DNA from: Bilabrum cf. latius
Lineage: Eukaryota
Length of the DNA: 64,000 nt
Direction: 5' to 3'
NCBI GenBank assembly: GCA_965178125.1
Contig: OZ237750.1
Span: forward strand, 310,001-374,000
Positions 24,561-35,716 of the stretch are shown here, piece after piece (within the stretch, counting starts at the first letter, position 1; each line of letters opens with the position of its first letter). The notes under the pieces are model-generated. The model had not been told where the DNA came from. It saw nothing but the letters and a program-made list of their open reading frames with translations, and ran no database searches. A program made the position numbers and the translations under genes.

Positions 24561-27500
24561 ATGTTGCCCTGCATGTCTAGCAACTCGCAGGTGGCACAGA
24601 GCCTCAGTTCACGAGGACACCAAGGTGGGTTACTGGGGCCGTCTGCCAATATAGTTAGATTGTCGTATGAAAAACATGATTGTCCAGATCGAACCAAACT
24701 TTTTGCAAAGCGACAACCATCGCAGCAGGACACGGGCTCGGGTCGCAACAAGTCAGTGGTCGCAAGCATTGATGGGTTCGAGGCGCACCCATTCGAGCAC
24801 CCGTGGTTTCCGGCCGCGCTAGCCGGTAGACGCCATGGGATTGGCAGTGATAGTATTGCTTCCATCGAAGGCTGGGCCATTCTGTCCATGCAAGTGGCCC
24901 TGAAGCCGTCCGCAACTCTCGCACAGATCCAGCAGCTCAAGGCGCACTTCCAGCGGGCAGACCCGAGCATGGCTATCCTTGCCTTGGTAGGGGCATGCGG
25001 CGCATTCAGCGGGGGGCATGAGACGAGCAAAGTTGTGCGATCATCGTCGTGCCAGGGTGTCCTCGCCCGCATGCGGGTGGCTCTGCAGACAGGGCGCGGT
25101 CACAAGCACGCTGTGCTCGTTGAAGTGGACGGCACGGCGGCATACATATACTCGTTTGTCAGACCCAGCCTAGTTGTCAGCACCATACCCAATAATCTAG
25201 CTGGAAAGTTCGGGAGCGACGATGGAATAAAGGGTGACACCGAGGGTACTGAGTTGCCGACCGGGTACTGCAGCAGAAGCCCCGAGATGCAGCCGACAGG
25301 CTCGCACCAGGCAGACCCATACCAGACAGCAGGCGAGGTAAATTTAGAGGGTGGACGCGCTCGAGGCATTACTGCTGAAGATCGTAAAGCTGGTGTCGTG
25401 CTGTCGAAACCTGGCAAGCCTGCGGGGTACGGCAACCCTGCACTCAGCGCAGAAGGCATGCTGGCTCTGTTGCCTGCAGTAGCAAAACATGTGCGGTCTA
25501 CAACAGTGGTAGTAGACGTTGCGCAGACATATATATCAAAACCAGGGGCTGTGGCAATGGGGAAATGTTCTACTTCTGATGAAGGCTTTGACGAGACCCC
25601 CAAGTCAGTGGTTGCTGTCACATCTAGCGCTGCGTGCATCGACGTCAGTGACGATCGTGGCGTGTTTGCGCGCGAATGGGGCAGAGATCCGGAGTTATAC
25701 AATCCCATCGCACATGGTTTCAACCCACGGGACTAGGCGCGGGCCCGTGGGGTTGGAAGCTCATGCGCTAGCGCACCAGGGATTGCTGGCGCCGATGCAC
25801 CGCTGGCAGGCAGTCTCCGTGGTGCCACCAACACGCTAGATCCAGATCCACCCAAACTGGCACCTTACCAAGGGCTGGAAAAGGCCGAAGATACGCGCTT
25901 GGGTCTGCACGCAGGGACTGCAATCGACATCCAGATGCTGTGCAAGCCAGCAGAGCTGATTGCCAGCACGGTCTCCGCGACGTGCCACTCGAGTGGTCCG
26001 TCCAGCGCAGAAGATAGTGCATCAACCTCGACCTCGGCATCGTCCTGCAGGGCCAGCACCGTTGTTCATCAGCGCGATAATGTATCGCCACCAGCGGAGC
26101 GCAGCGCCAGGAAGAAAAAGGGATGCGAGAGGAGGTAGACCACTGGCAAGCGGAAGGACTCTTGGCTCTCGGTACAGTCCGAGTCGTTCTAGAGACACGG
26201 GCATGCCATGCACACCGTGCCGTCGCATCGCATGGTGGTTGTACCGGCTGGTTGTGTGCCTGATGGCACAACCGGCGGCCCAGAGCGATCAAGAATCCTG
26301 CTGCCCGTTGCGAGCTGGATGCACGGCTTGGAAGTCCACGCAGAAGGCCTGTTCACTGCAGATGAGAAAGTCGCAATTGCCATTCAGGATAAAAATGTCC
26401 CTGAGGATGCAAACAGCTCGAGCACGCGTTGGACGGCAAGTCGTTCGTGCATGCATGGCATGGATGGCGGGATGGAACCGCCCCAGCTGCCGTTCCTTCC
26501 GGACATCCGGATCCCAGAGCTGCCGGGCCCCAGCTCAGCGCTGGAAGCGCCAGACCCACAGCGCTGTCTTCTGCAAGGTACCACCGTGCGGCTATCAACG
26601 GAGTATTTGTTCTTCCGGGCGGTGTGCTCGATGAGCTCGGAGGTGCGCGACGTGGTTGCGCTCGGCATGGCATCACCCCACAGGGACCTCAGGGGCCATG
26701 ATGCAAGACATGCGCGGTACCATGCAGATAAGGAAAATCGATACAGCGAAGGGTACCAAACAGATGCATCTGGACTGCTGTATCGTGGTCCGCGTGCACA
26801 GGCTCAACCAAGTGGACCCGTGGGCAGGCGACGTCATTTACGCGAAGGCGATGACTCCCTGCAAGAGTCCGAAGTGGACGCACGGGGGCGGGGACCCGAT
26901 GGAAAAGCCGCCTCGGGGCAGCGATCGCGGCACGTGCCCGACCTCCCGCGATTGCGCCTGCAATCAGACGATGGATCGGTGGCACGCTCTACGTCCCGGG
27001 CTGTGGACGATCATCAAGGTTGCCCCGCCAGTCCTCCTCCTAGGGTGCTGGGCAGCCCGGCGTCACGAACGGAAGGAGAGGATGAGCAGGATGGCTGCTA
27101 GTAGGATGATAGGCGCAGAATCGATAAAGCTCATCGAATCGATGGTGATAGTGACGACCAAACACATGCCGACGATGGACCACGGTCGAACCACAATGAT
27201 CGGGATGGTGGCAGAGGTCACGTGACTCCACCACTCAAAGCTAGTTCTGTACCCAAGGCCAGTGCACGCAAGGAGGACATTCCGCGGGGTGCTGCTGCTG
27301 GTGATGCGGGCGTTGCTGCGGGAGCACCGCCATTGCCTGGCCAAAGGGGTGGTCTCTCGAGTCCAAGGCTATCAAGGGGTTCGGGTGTTGTGTCACCGCC
27401 ATCGTCTGGCCAAAGGGGTGGTCTCTCGAGTCCAAAGCTATCAAGGGGGTCGGGTGTGGTGTCTGCATTCGATCGGTTCGGGCTGCTGTCTGAGGAATCC

Positions 27501-28154
27501 AGGCTCGTGGGCGGGCGGGTGCAGCGTGTGGTAGCGGAGGGATTGGCCTCAGCCGTGGGAGGGTCCATCGCCAGCGCGGTCGGGGCGATGAGCAGCCCAG
27601 CTGGCTTTGTCGCCATGGTTGGGATGGGACCTGGGATGCAGACGGTGGGGGCGGGGACGGGCAGTGGCAGTGGCGGCGACGCGGCACACGGTCTTGCGGG
27701 GCTGCATGACCTCGTCCAGGCGTGCGTGGTGGGCGTGGAAGGCGTCAGCGTTTCTCTGCCGCCGCGGGATCATGCATCTTCAAGTTGTGGCCGTGGCTCT
27801 CAGGGCCTCCCGCATGCTGGCGCTTCGGGTGCATCTCACGGGCGAAATTCCGCCGGCGATCAGTCGGTTCGGGCTGGAATTCACGCGAGGTTCGTGGGTC
27901 TGAAGCTGAGATCAACCGCTGAGGAGGAGGAAGGGAACGAAATCCAGCCGGTTCCTTCCAGAGGCGACACTGGGGCTGAGGACACTGCTGAAAGCAGCAG
28001 TGAAGCTGATGTATATCGGGCCGCTCCGCGCAATCCATAGGTGGCCGCACTTGATGAAGGTCCAGGTAGCTGTGCTGGCCTGTCAGATATATTCACGGGG
28101 ATGTGGCCGTGCGGGGCTTGCAGCCAGCGACAGGGAAAGAGGGTGCCGCAGTGA
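24561..28154 (+). CDS. Hypothetical low-complexity protein (~1200 aa with TAG=Gln; start uncertain)
   Basis: ORF-track pieces 24561, 25899, 26208 and 27222 share one frame and are joined only by TAGs (25734, 26136, 26190, 27099+27102, 28038). Ends at TGA 28152-28154. No domain recognised. Confidence 0.65.
27339..27465 (+). repeat. 69-bp tandem duplication (about 1.8 copies) encoding GQRGGLSSP(R/K)LSRGSGVVS
   Basis: ggccaaaggggtggtctctcgagtccaa starts at both 27339 and 27408. Confidence 0.85.
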
Positions 28155-28233
28155 CACCTTGATCTCGACAATGATTCCCTTCAGACGTTTGGTCCAATAG
28201 TTTCAAATATATTGTATTGAGTTGCATTGCAAG

Positions 28234-28584
28234 TCATCGCTTTATGCTACTGCGGCCTGCTGGCACCTGGCTCCCGATCAACCCAAAAATGTACAAATAT
28301 ATACCTCCAACCGCCATGACGCCAAGCATTTGTAGCATGCTGTGAGGAACAATTAGTAGGTACCCATAAATTCCACCTCCCAAGCTAACAATGGAAATGA
28401 CTGTCATGAGCACTAGCTTCACAGTAAACTTGATACGCATGCTTTCGCGTGCCCTTCGGTTGGTCCATCCAGCACCGTTCACGAACAGTCCAATGGAGAT
28501 ACCGACAGCAAGAAACAATACTACAACTGCACCCACGAATCGACCGATTGTACTCATCATTGCCTGTCTATACGTAGTGAACAT
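28234..28584 (-). CDS. Small membrane protein with about 3 TM helices
   Basis: Three hydrophobic stretches (FVGAVVVLFLAVGISIGLF; LVLMTVISIVSLGGGIYGYLLIV; MLGVMAVGGIYLYIFGLIG) and a TGA end. The true start may be ATG 28625 followed by a short intron (28564-28622). Confidence 0.6.
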   Translation of the reverse strand: MFTTYRQAMMSTIGRFVGAVVVLFLAVGISIGLFVNGAGWTNRRARESMRIKFTVKLVLMTVISIVSLGGGIYGYLLIVPHSMLQMLGVMAVGGIYLYIFGLIGSQVPAGRSSIKR

Positions 28585-28887
28585 GAACGGCTACTAACCG
28601 GTCAATGTTAAGTGCACCTTACCATGTTGTCGACCACGTGGAATTTGGAATTCAGGTCCGGGTGTTAGAGCATGGAGTGCATTTTGCATCGAATTGAGCT
28701 ACGGAGTAGGGCGTCGATGGCGGTAAGAGCTCATTCGAAGTACGCACCACTGGCCTGGTATGCAAGCGGGCGACACAGGCGCCGCGTAGCACAACCAACA
28801 CCTGCAGCGTGTCGGATACAAATTAGATTACGGTGTACGTAAAGACGACGGTTCGCGTCTGGGCGACCATCCAACAAGCGCCATCCA

Positions 28888-29862
28888 TCACCACTCCTCC
28901 CTAGCCACTGCCTCGAGCCACGGCACCTGCCCCACGGTGATCTCGGTGCAGTGCGGGCACAGCTCGTTGGGCTCGTTCTGCATGATCCTGTACCCGTTCT
29001 TGTCGAGCCTCTCGAGAAGAGCCGCCATAGCATGCATGGACTGCGATTGCCCGTGCTGGCCGTCCTCTGTTGCCGACCCCGGCCACATTTCTTTGAACAT
29101 GGTCTTGTAGTGCATCTCGAACGACACCTAGTTCGGGACACGGCCGCCACCGCTCTCCGCCTCTGACAAAATGCTGTCCCATAGAATGTACTCTGCGCCC
29201 TCGATGTCGGCTTTGAGCAAATCCACCTGCTGCACGCCCATGAGCTTCAAGGCGTCCCCCCACGGGATGAACCCGCTCTTCCCATCGCTCGACGGCTCGT
29301 ATCGATTCGAAATACAGAAGCGGTGCATGCGCACAAATGAGGGTACTGCATCGCTGCTTGCATCAGCTGCAGACACAGTGCAATCGAACGAATGGATGAC
29401 GGCCTGCGGGATGAGCTTCTGCAATCCAATCTCGAATGAGAAGTCCATGTTACTTCCTACGGACGCGACAACGAAGCGCTTGTTGTGGTTTCGTTCGTAC
29501 TACAATCCTGCGAGCCACTTGCCACCATCACCGGACTGCACACCGACTCTTTGCATCTTCGTGCGAGGCCAATCTACAGTCGGCCGAATCATGCTGAACC
29601 TAGCATGCCCTTCCGGGCCCTCAGCACGTTCCACTACTATCTTTCGCCACTCCTGTCGAATGGCTTCACGATTTGATTCGGTTGTAATGCGAGGTCCGGG
29701 TGGCATGCGCAGTGGTGCGGATGATGTAACCCCCTACAGATTCTAGGAATTGGTGGAGCTGCCCGTGTACCTTCCCAACATGAAGCTAAGCGGAATTGCA
29801 GCCAGGAGCACCCCGATGAGAATTCGGCTATTGTTGCTCTGCTCCTTGTTTATACCAACCAT
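28888..29862 (-). CDS. METTL24-like/FkbM-like SAM-dependent methyltransferase with N-terminal membrane anchor (~324 aa)
   Basis: Motifs: RVGVQSGDGGKW, VASVGSNMDFSFE, IHSFDCT, VDLLKADIEGAEY, PN[TAG]VSFEMHY, EPNELCPHCTEIT. TAGs at 29743, 29734, 29500 and 29128; ends in TGA. Confidence 0.85.
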
Positions 29863-29976
29863 TGCGCTCACCACAATGATCCAAAGGGAAGCTCCTGGAC
29901 TTCCCGGCGGGCCGGAACCTTCGCCGGCGGACAGTTGCCGTTGCTACTTGCTTTAGTTTAAAGCAGTGCTGCGGTG

Positions 29977-32583
29977 ATGCAGCCTTTTTCAGTAGTATTG
30001 CTAGGAATATGCGGTACATCAGCCGTGATGTTTGCGCTTGCAGACCCTCTGCAAGAGTTCGTATAGCCCGAAGCAGATACTATTGTTGCGAATGCTACGC
30101 TGCTTGCAACAATAGCTAAATCCGCCCCGGACTGTGCTGCCAAATGCACCGCATTCAATAGTACGATGTGTAATGCATTTTCGTTCGAGGCTGCAGACCA
30201 GCAGTGCGTCATGTCGACGTACAGTCCACACTTTGCGACTGCACCAGCACAAGGCTGGCAGTACTACAGGCGGATCCAAGTGCTCGATTAGACGCCAGTG
30301 TCGTTCGTGGCGCCACCAAAGCTGGAATCACCTGTTCGAAACGTGACGCTTGGCTCTGGCCGACTCCGTGACGCGTTCAATGCAAACATTGACTTTTTGC
30401 TCGGTCACGAGGCAGACGATATTTTGTATTTTTTCCGGGAGCGCGCCGGAGACTAGAACCCCCCAGGCCAGTGCTTCGGGTGGGACGGCGGACTGCGCGG
30501 CTCTGTGAGCGGACTGTTCATGATGGGAAGCGGCGGCGTGCTCCGCTGGGAAGAGCACGACGAGCTGCGAGCACGGCTGGAGGCTGTAGTCAAGGGCATC
30601 GCGCAGGCGCAGGAGCCAAGCGGCTACGCCATGGCCTTCCACTACAACGTCTCATGGATGCACGAGAATCCCGATTACGTCACCTCCTGGGTGACCCACG
30701 GCCTCCTGCAGGCGGCCCGCGCCGGCGTGGACGGCGGGGTCGATGTGCTGCGGAGACACTTTGATTTTTTTGAGAACTGCAGCTCGGTGCCGAGGTACTT
30801 GCCCCCTAACACGGGCCCCACGGCGGCGCCACCTCCGCGCGGCTGGACCACCAATTTCACCACGGGCTTTGGGGCGGCGCAGGGGCACGAGATTTATCTG
30901 ATATACCAGGGGCAGGTTGCGTTCACTTCCATGGCCAAGTCGGTTGTGGGTCGGCAGTCAGACTGGAAATACGTGCGCGATCTGATGCAGGAGACGTGGT
31001 GGCTGGAGAGCCTGAAGAACAAGGAGCTGAGCGCCATTTGGCAGAGGCATTGGTTCTCTCACAACTACGAGACGACTGCCTTCATCTCCTACATGGACCT
31101 CTACTACATCACCGGCGATTCCCTCTACCTTGACGCGATGCTGGGAGCCTGGAGCATGCTCAGGGAACACTGGGTCCACGTGGGGGGCAGTGTTGCCATC
31201 AACGAAGCGTATTACTACCCACCGGACAGCTACTACCTCGACTACACAGAGACGAGTCACAACTCTCTGCCGGCGTGGGCCAGCTCCCACCACCACCACC
31301 ACCACCCCCGGGACGATGCTTGGGAGCAGCACGCTGCCTGCAAGGGACCCGCCCTGGATCGAGACCACCCGTCACACCACGATCACTCGTCACACCAGCA
31401 CGGCATCGCATTCCCCGGCGGCTCCCTGCCAAGCGTGGAGGACGTGTCCGACTTTCAGGGCCACCCTACCGGGGAGCTCTGCGGCTCGAGCTTCTGGATC
31501 ATCTTCAACCAGCAGCTCCACGCCCTCTTCCCCGAGAACGAGACGTTCGCCACGGAAATCGAACGTTCGATCCTGAATGTGGGGCTGGCAAACCCAGCCC
31601 GCAACGGCAGCGAGGGCATCCGGTACTTTGCACTGCTCCACAAGAACAAGCAGACGCCCACCAACCACGCCACGTGCTGCGAGGGCCAGGGAACAAGGCT
31701 GCTCGGCTCCGTACCGGAGCACCTGCTCTCGTACGGGCCCAAGGGCGTCTACTGGGACCTGTATTTCAGCTCCGAGTCATCGTGGGACCTGGGCACGCAC
31801 GGTGGCCCCGGCCCCGACGGGTACTTGCTGAAGGTCAATGTGAGCTCTGGGTTCCCCTACAGCGGCCGGGTGGTCATGAAGGTCTGGGTGGAGCCGCCCG
31901 CCCGCGAGGCAGACCATGCGGGTGTGACGAGCGGGTCGCTGCCGACGTCCATCGACGTCGATTTTGCGCTCCGGATCCCAAGCTGGTCCCAGGGAACAGT
32001 GGACGTATCCGTGAACGGGGCCGCGGTGCGGCACCACGGGACCCGGAGCGGCGCCGGAGGTTTTGTCGCCGGCAGGGCCAGGCATGAAGGCCTGGACTCC
32101 CCAGGGAACAACGATGCAGGGAACACCAACGGCACCGTGGGCGGTTCCCTCAGTTCGCACGCCGGCACGCCGGGAACGTACCTCCATCTGGAGGGCTCGT
32201 GGCCCGTGGGGCGGGGGCCGTCCGGAGCCGCCACCGTGACGTTCGACCTCAACATGGGCTGGCGGGTCACCAAGTACGCCGGCCTGACGTCAGTTCCGGG
32301 CCACGATCGCTGGGCATACGAGTACGGCCCAGTGCTGATGGCCATGACGGGTGCCTGGGACAAGTCGCTCGGCAAAGAAGGGGTGGAGCACGTGCAGGGC
32401 CCCGGGCTTGACCCCGAGAGGCCGGGGGACTGGGCTGAGCTCGACCCCACCCTGGGGGGCCCCCTGCAGTTCCGCGTCAAGGGAGCCAAGCCCAGGGACG
32501 GCAAGCTAGTGACGCTGATGCCCTACATGGACGTCAAGGAGGAGATTTTCGACGTCTACAGCGTGGTCGAGGCCTCTGGTTGA
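29977..32583 (+). CDS. Secreted glycoside hydrolase GH127/GH146-like (beta-L-arabinofuranosidase family) with N-terminal PAN/Apple-like domain (~868 aa)
   Basis: ATG 29977 gives signal peptide MQPFSVVLLGICGTSAVMFALA. PAN-like: DCAAKC..CNAFSF..CVM..GWQYY. GH127-like: AQEPSGY, HVGGSVAINE, GELCGSSFW, IERSILN, TCCEGQGTR, GFPYSGRV, FALRIPSW, YEYGPVLM. TAGs at 30064, 30289 and 30454; ends in TGA. Confidence 0.85.
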
Positions 32584-32595
32584 CGTGTCCCGGGG

Positions 32596-33051
32596 TCAGC
32601 CCTCGGCATCCCCGTCCCCCTCGCCTCCCATCATCTTCGGGACAGCGTAGAAGCCTCCCATTGTATGCTTTGCAAGAGACATAAGCTTTGCTTGCTCCAG
32701 GGCAGTTGCATCTTTCGCGTCTCCTTCTGTCGACAGGGCCCGAAGCTCGGCCAGCCTCTGGTGGGCGTCGGCAGACGGCACTCCGTATCCGCTTGCCAAT
32801 GCGTGGCTTCTGCCCACTTCGGCCACGAGCTTCTGGGAAGCATCCTTGGTACTCTGCAGAATCTGAAGCATATCTTTCATCTTGTTCAAGTCGGCCTTTG
32901 TCCGCTGGAAGTGCTCGGATTGGCGCCGGAGCGGGATTCGCGACAGCTTGGCTAAGTGCTCAATCTTGGCATCAGATAGTTCGGATTTCGCTCTACGCAG
33001 TGTAGAAGAGCAGAATGCTCGAATCAGCTGCCTAGATGATGCTCTGCGCAT
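32596..33051 (-). CDS. GATC: Mitochondrial Glu-tRNA(Gln) amidotransferase subunit C-like
   Basis: An Arg/Ser-rich presequence is followed by IEHLAKLSRIPL, DLNKMKDMLQIL and the C-terminal LMSLAKHTMGGFYAVPK, typical of GatC. Ends in TGA. Confidence 0.72.
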   Translation of the reverse strand: MRRASSRQLIRAFCSSTLRRAKSELSDAKIEHLAKLSRIPLRRQSEHFQRTKADLNKMKDMLQILQSTKDASQKLVAEVGRSHALASGYGVPSADAHQRLAELRALSTEGDAKDATALEQAKLMSLAKHTMGGFYAVPKMMGGEGDGDAEG

Positions 33052-33181
33052 TGGACAACAGCTCTACTGTGGAATACTAATGGAATTTGTGGGTGGTTCG
33101 TTCGTACCGTAATCGAACGTTCGGTTGCGCGTGATTGACATTAAAAATGGCTTTGGGAGTCTCTAGCACGCTCAAAAGGCT

Positions 33182-35460
33182 ATGTGCGATGTCATCATTA
33201 GTCCTGAAAGCACGATTGGACGATATAAGCTGATGACGTTGCCACCTGCCCTAGTCAAAGAGCTTGAAGGTGGATCCTCGTGAGTGATATTTTTTGAACG
33301 AAGTCCAAGAACTGCAACCCAGCCACATCGAAGCGATATGATGGGCGACTTCGTAGTTCTCTGCGCAGGTTAGAAATTAAATCTGCAGGTAACGAGTCTG
33401 CTGTCATCTGTAGCGATGATAAGACGTACAACTTGCAACTGGTCGAGATCTCGAACAGCATGATGCTGCTTCCCGAAGTTGGAGAGACCGCCAGGGCTCT
33501 GGCAGCGGCAAAGGGTCAGGAACTCCGGAGCAGCCTGGATGCAACACCAAGCGCGGCTACATCGCGTGACGATAGATTGGAAGTTGTTGATCTGTGCCAC
33601 GAGGTGCTCGAGCTCCGGCAGCAGCCCCCAGACATCGGCCGCCTCGCCGAGCTGCTCAAGCGATCCACGCTCAATGCAGCCAGTGAGCATGCCGCCGACA
33701 GCACCGACAAAATTGCTGACGATGACGCGGTCTGGCTCCCTGGATTCCAGACAGACGTGCGAAAGCACGGCCCCACCGAGCCATCTGCATCACAGGGGCA
33801 GGGGCCGGGCGCCGGGGAGACCGACGGCCTCGACGCTTCTTCCCAGGCGATGATGCCCCCGGCAACGCCTGATGCGCCCACCGCATCACAGCAAGCCTAG
33901 GGAGCCTCGTCAGGAGCCTCCTCCGCCTCGTCGGCTGCAGGCGCACCAGCACCAGCCCGGCCCAGGCCTCTGCACGAGCAGTCAGCCGATTGGGAAGAGA
34001 GGCTGCTCCAGGGCAGGCGGCTGTTCACCCGCGGGGAGCTAGAAAATCTGTGCAGAGCCAGCGGTGGCGAGATCGACTCCGAGCTGTGGCGACTCGGAGC
34101 GATGGAAGTCAACGGATACGTCAGGATACCCTCGTTCTAGATGCTGGCTCTGGCCATGGACCGCGTGTGCGCGGCCGTCGTGGAAAACAGCTGGTCGCTG
34201 CTTGCCGTCCCTGCCGCTGATCTGTGCGAGTACCTTGAGTCTGAACTTGATCCTGCCATGGTCGTGTACGTGCTGGGTCGGCTCGGCCTGCCACTGGTGC
34301 CTGTGAAGCAGCAGTCCTCCTCCTCCTCCTCCTCCTCCTCGTCGTCAGCTGCGTCCTCGCAAGAGGCAGCGGCAGCCGGCGAGGATGCCGATGATGGCGA
34401 CCCGGAGCCGACCCATTTTGCCCTGTCGTGCATGGCCGTCGCCCGTATCAGGTGCGAAGAGCTGATACGGCTGGTGCGGGACACGGGGGGCAGGTTGCCT
34501 GGGGACTCAAGGGGAGTGGATGGTAAAGGGGGTGATGGTGACGAGGGGGGGCACGCGCCCACCATCGGATAGCAGATGTCCAGCTTTCCGGTGAGTGAAG
34601 TTTGTGCAGCTGCGACTGAGGGTGGCAGCAGCAGCTGGTCCAGCGTAATTGCCTCATGCTGTGCTCCCGTATACCCTTCCCTTCCCAAGTCAAGCCAAGT
34701 ACCCGCTACCATTTTCGTTTGGCCTATCACCGCAGTGCTACGACGCGGGCAAGTTCATGCTCGTGGTGGCCGACATGGTCGCACCGCTGGCCGCGTTGCC
34801 GGCGCCGCGCAATCTTGCGGAACTAGACGAGGAGGGAATCCTCGGCAAGGACGGCAAGCAGGTGCGGTTCCGCAGAGGCAGGGCGGGAGGCGCCGCGCTC
34901 GCTGATAGTCCTGGAGAACACCCCGAGTGGTATGACACACGGTCCCTTTTGCGGTTGCAACCGGGTGCAGCGGCAGCGGCGGCAGCAGCAGGAACGAGCG
35001 GCGAGGCAGGTGCTTCGTCTTCCGCGGTCGAAGGCGAGCACGCGCGGGCGGCCCTGGCCGGCATCGCGCTTGAGCAGGTGCTCAACGGCGAGCACTTGCT
35101 CGAGTGCTTCTTGGAGCAGGACCTCCACACCGTCCCTGCGGACAGGTTTAGGGCGCTGTTTCGTCGCAAGGAAAGCTGGACGGTCGAGGAGCTCAAGCCC
35201 TACATCGAGTGAGTACAGTGCAGTGCACCCTACCTTGACCCGGAGTCCGGATCGTGACGTGCGGATGCTTCGGATGCGTTTCCTTCGCCCCGCATGTGCT
35301 GTCGCCTTCCGTCACGAGTACCGACCTCCGCCCACTTTGCTTTCCGCGCTACTCCCGCAGGCCGCTGGTGGGTCCCGGCCGCTCGATGGCCGACATGCTG
35401 CTGCAGTACACGCGCGGGACTAGCTTGCCGGATGGCTCGAAGCAGTACTCCGCACGGTGA
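33182..35460 (+). CDS. DCC1: Sister chromatid cohesion protein DCC1 (Ctf18-RFC subunit)
   Basis: ATG at 33182. Introns 33280-33368, 34591-34735 and 35209-35360 (GTGAGT..GCAG). Motifs: YKLMTLPPAL, SAVICSDDKTYNLQLVEISNSMML, RASGGEIDSELWRLGAMEVNGYVR, PADRFRALFRRKESWTVEELKPYIE, LLQYTR..YSAR. TAGs at 33898, 34138 and 34570; ends in TGA. Confidence 0.88.
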
Positions 35461-35716
35461 CATGGTTGGGGTCAGATCGTTGCTGCTGATAGTTGTGGTG
35501 GTGGCTGTCCTACTACTCTACAGGAATGCATCTTGTTACGGACCCCCCAGCATCAGATACAGGTGTCCTGTGCTACGCCCTGCCGCCGCCGGCCTCCGCT
35601 GGCGACGATGCGGTTGTAACCTTCTTCGCACGATCATATCCAGGTCGGTACTGTGTTATCCCTCTCGCAACCGCTTCGTTTTCTTGTCATTTCCATTCAA
35701 TAAACACATTGGAGGT

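Noticed and set aside
32596-33051. GatC as part of the UAG=Gln decoding system
   Set aside because: It has a mitochondrial-type presequence, and GatCAB makes organellar Gln-tRNA in many standard-code eukaryotes, so its presence here is probably coincidental.
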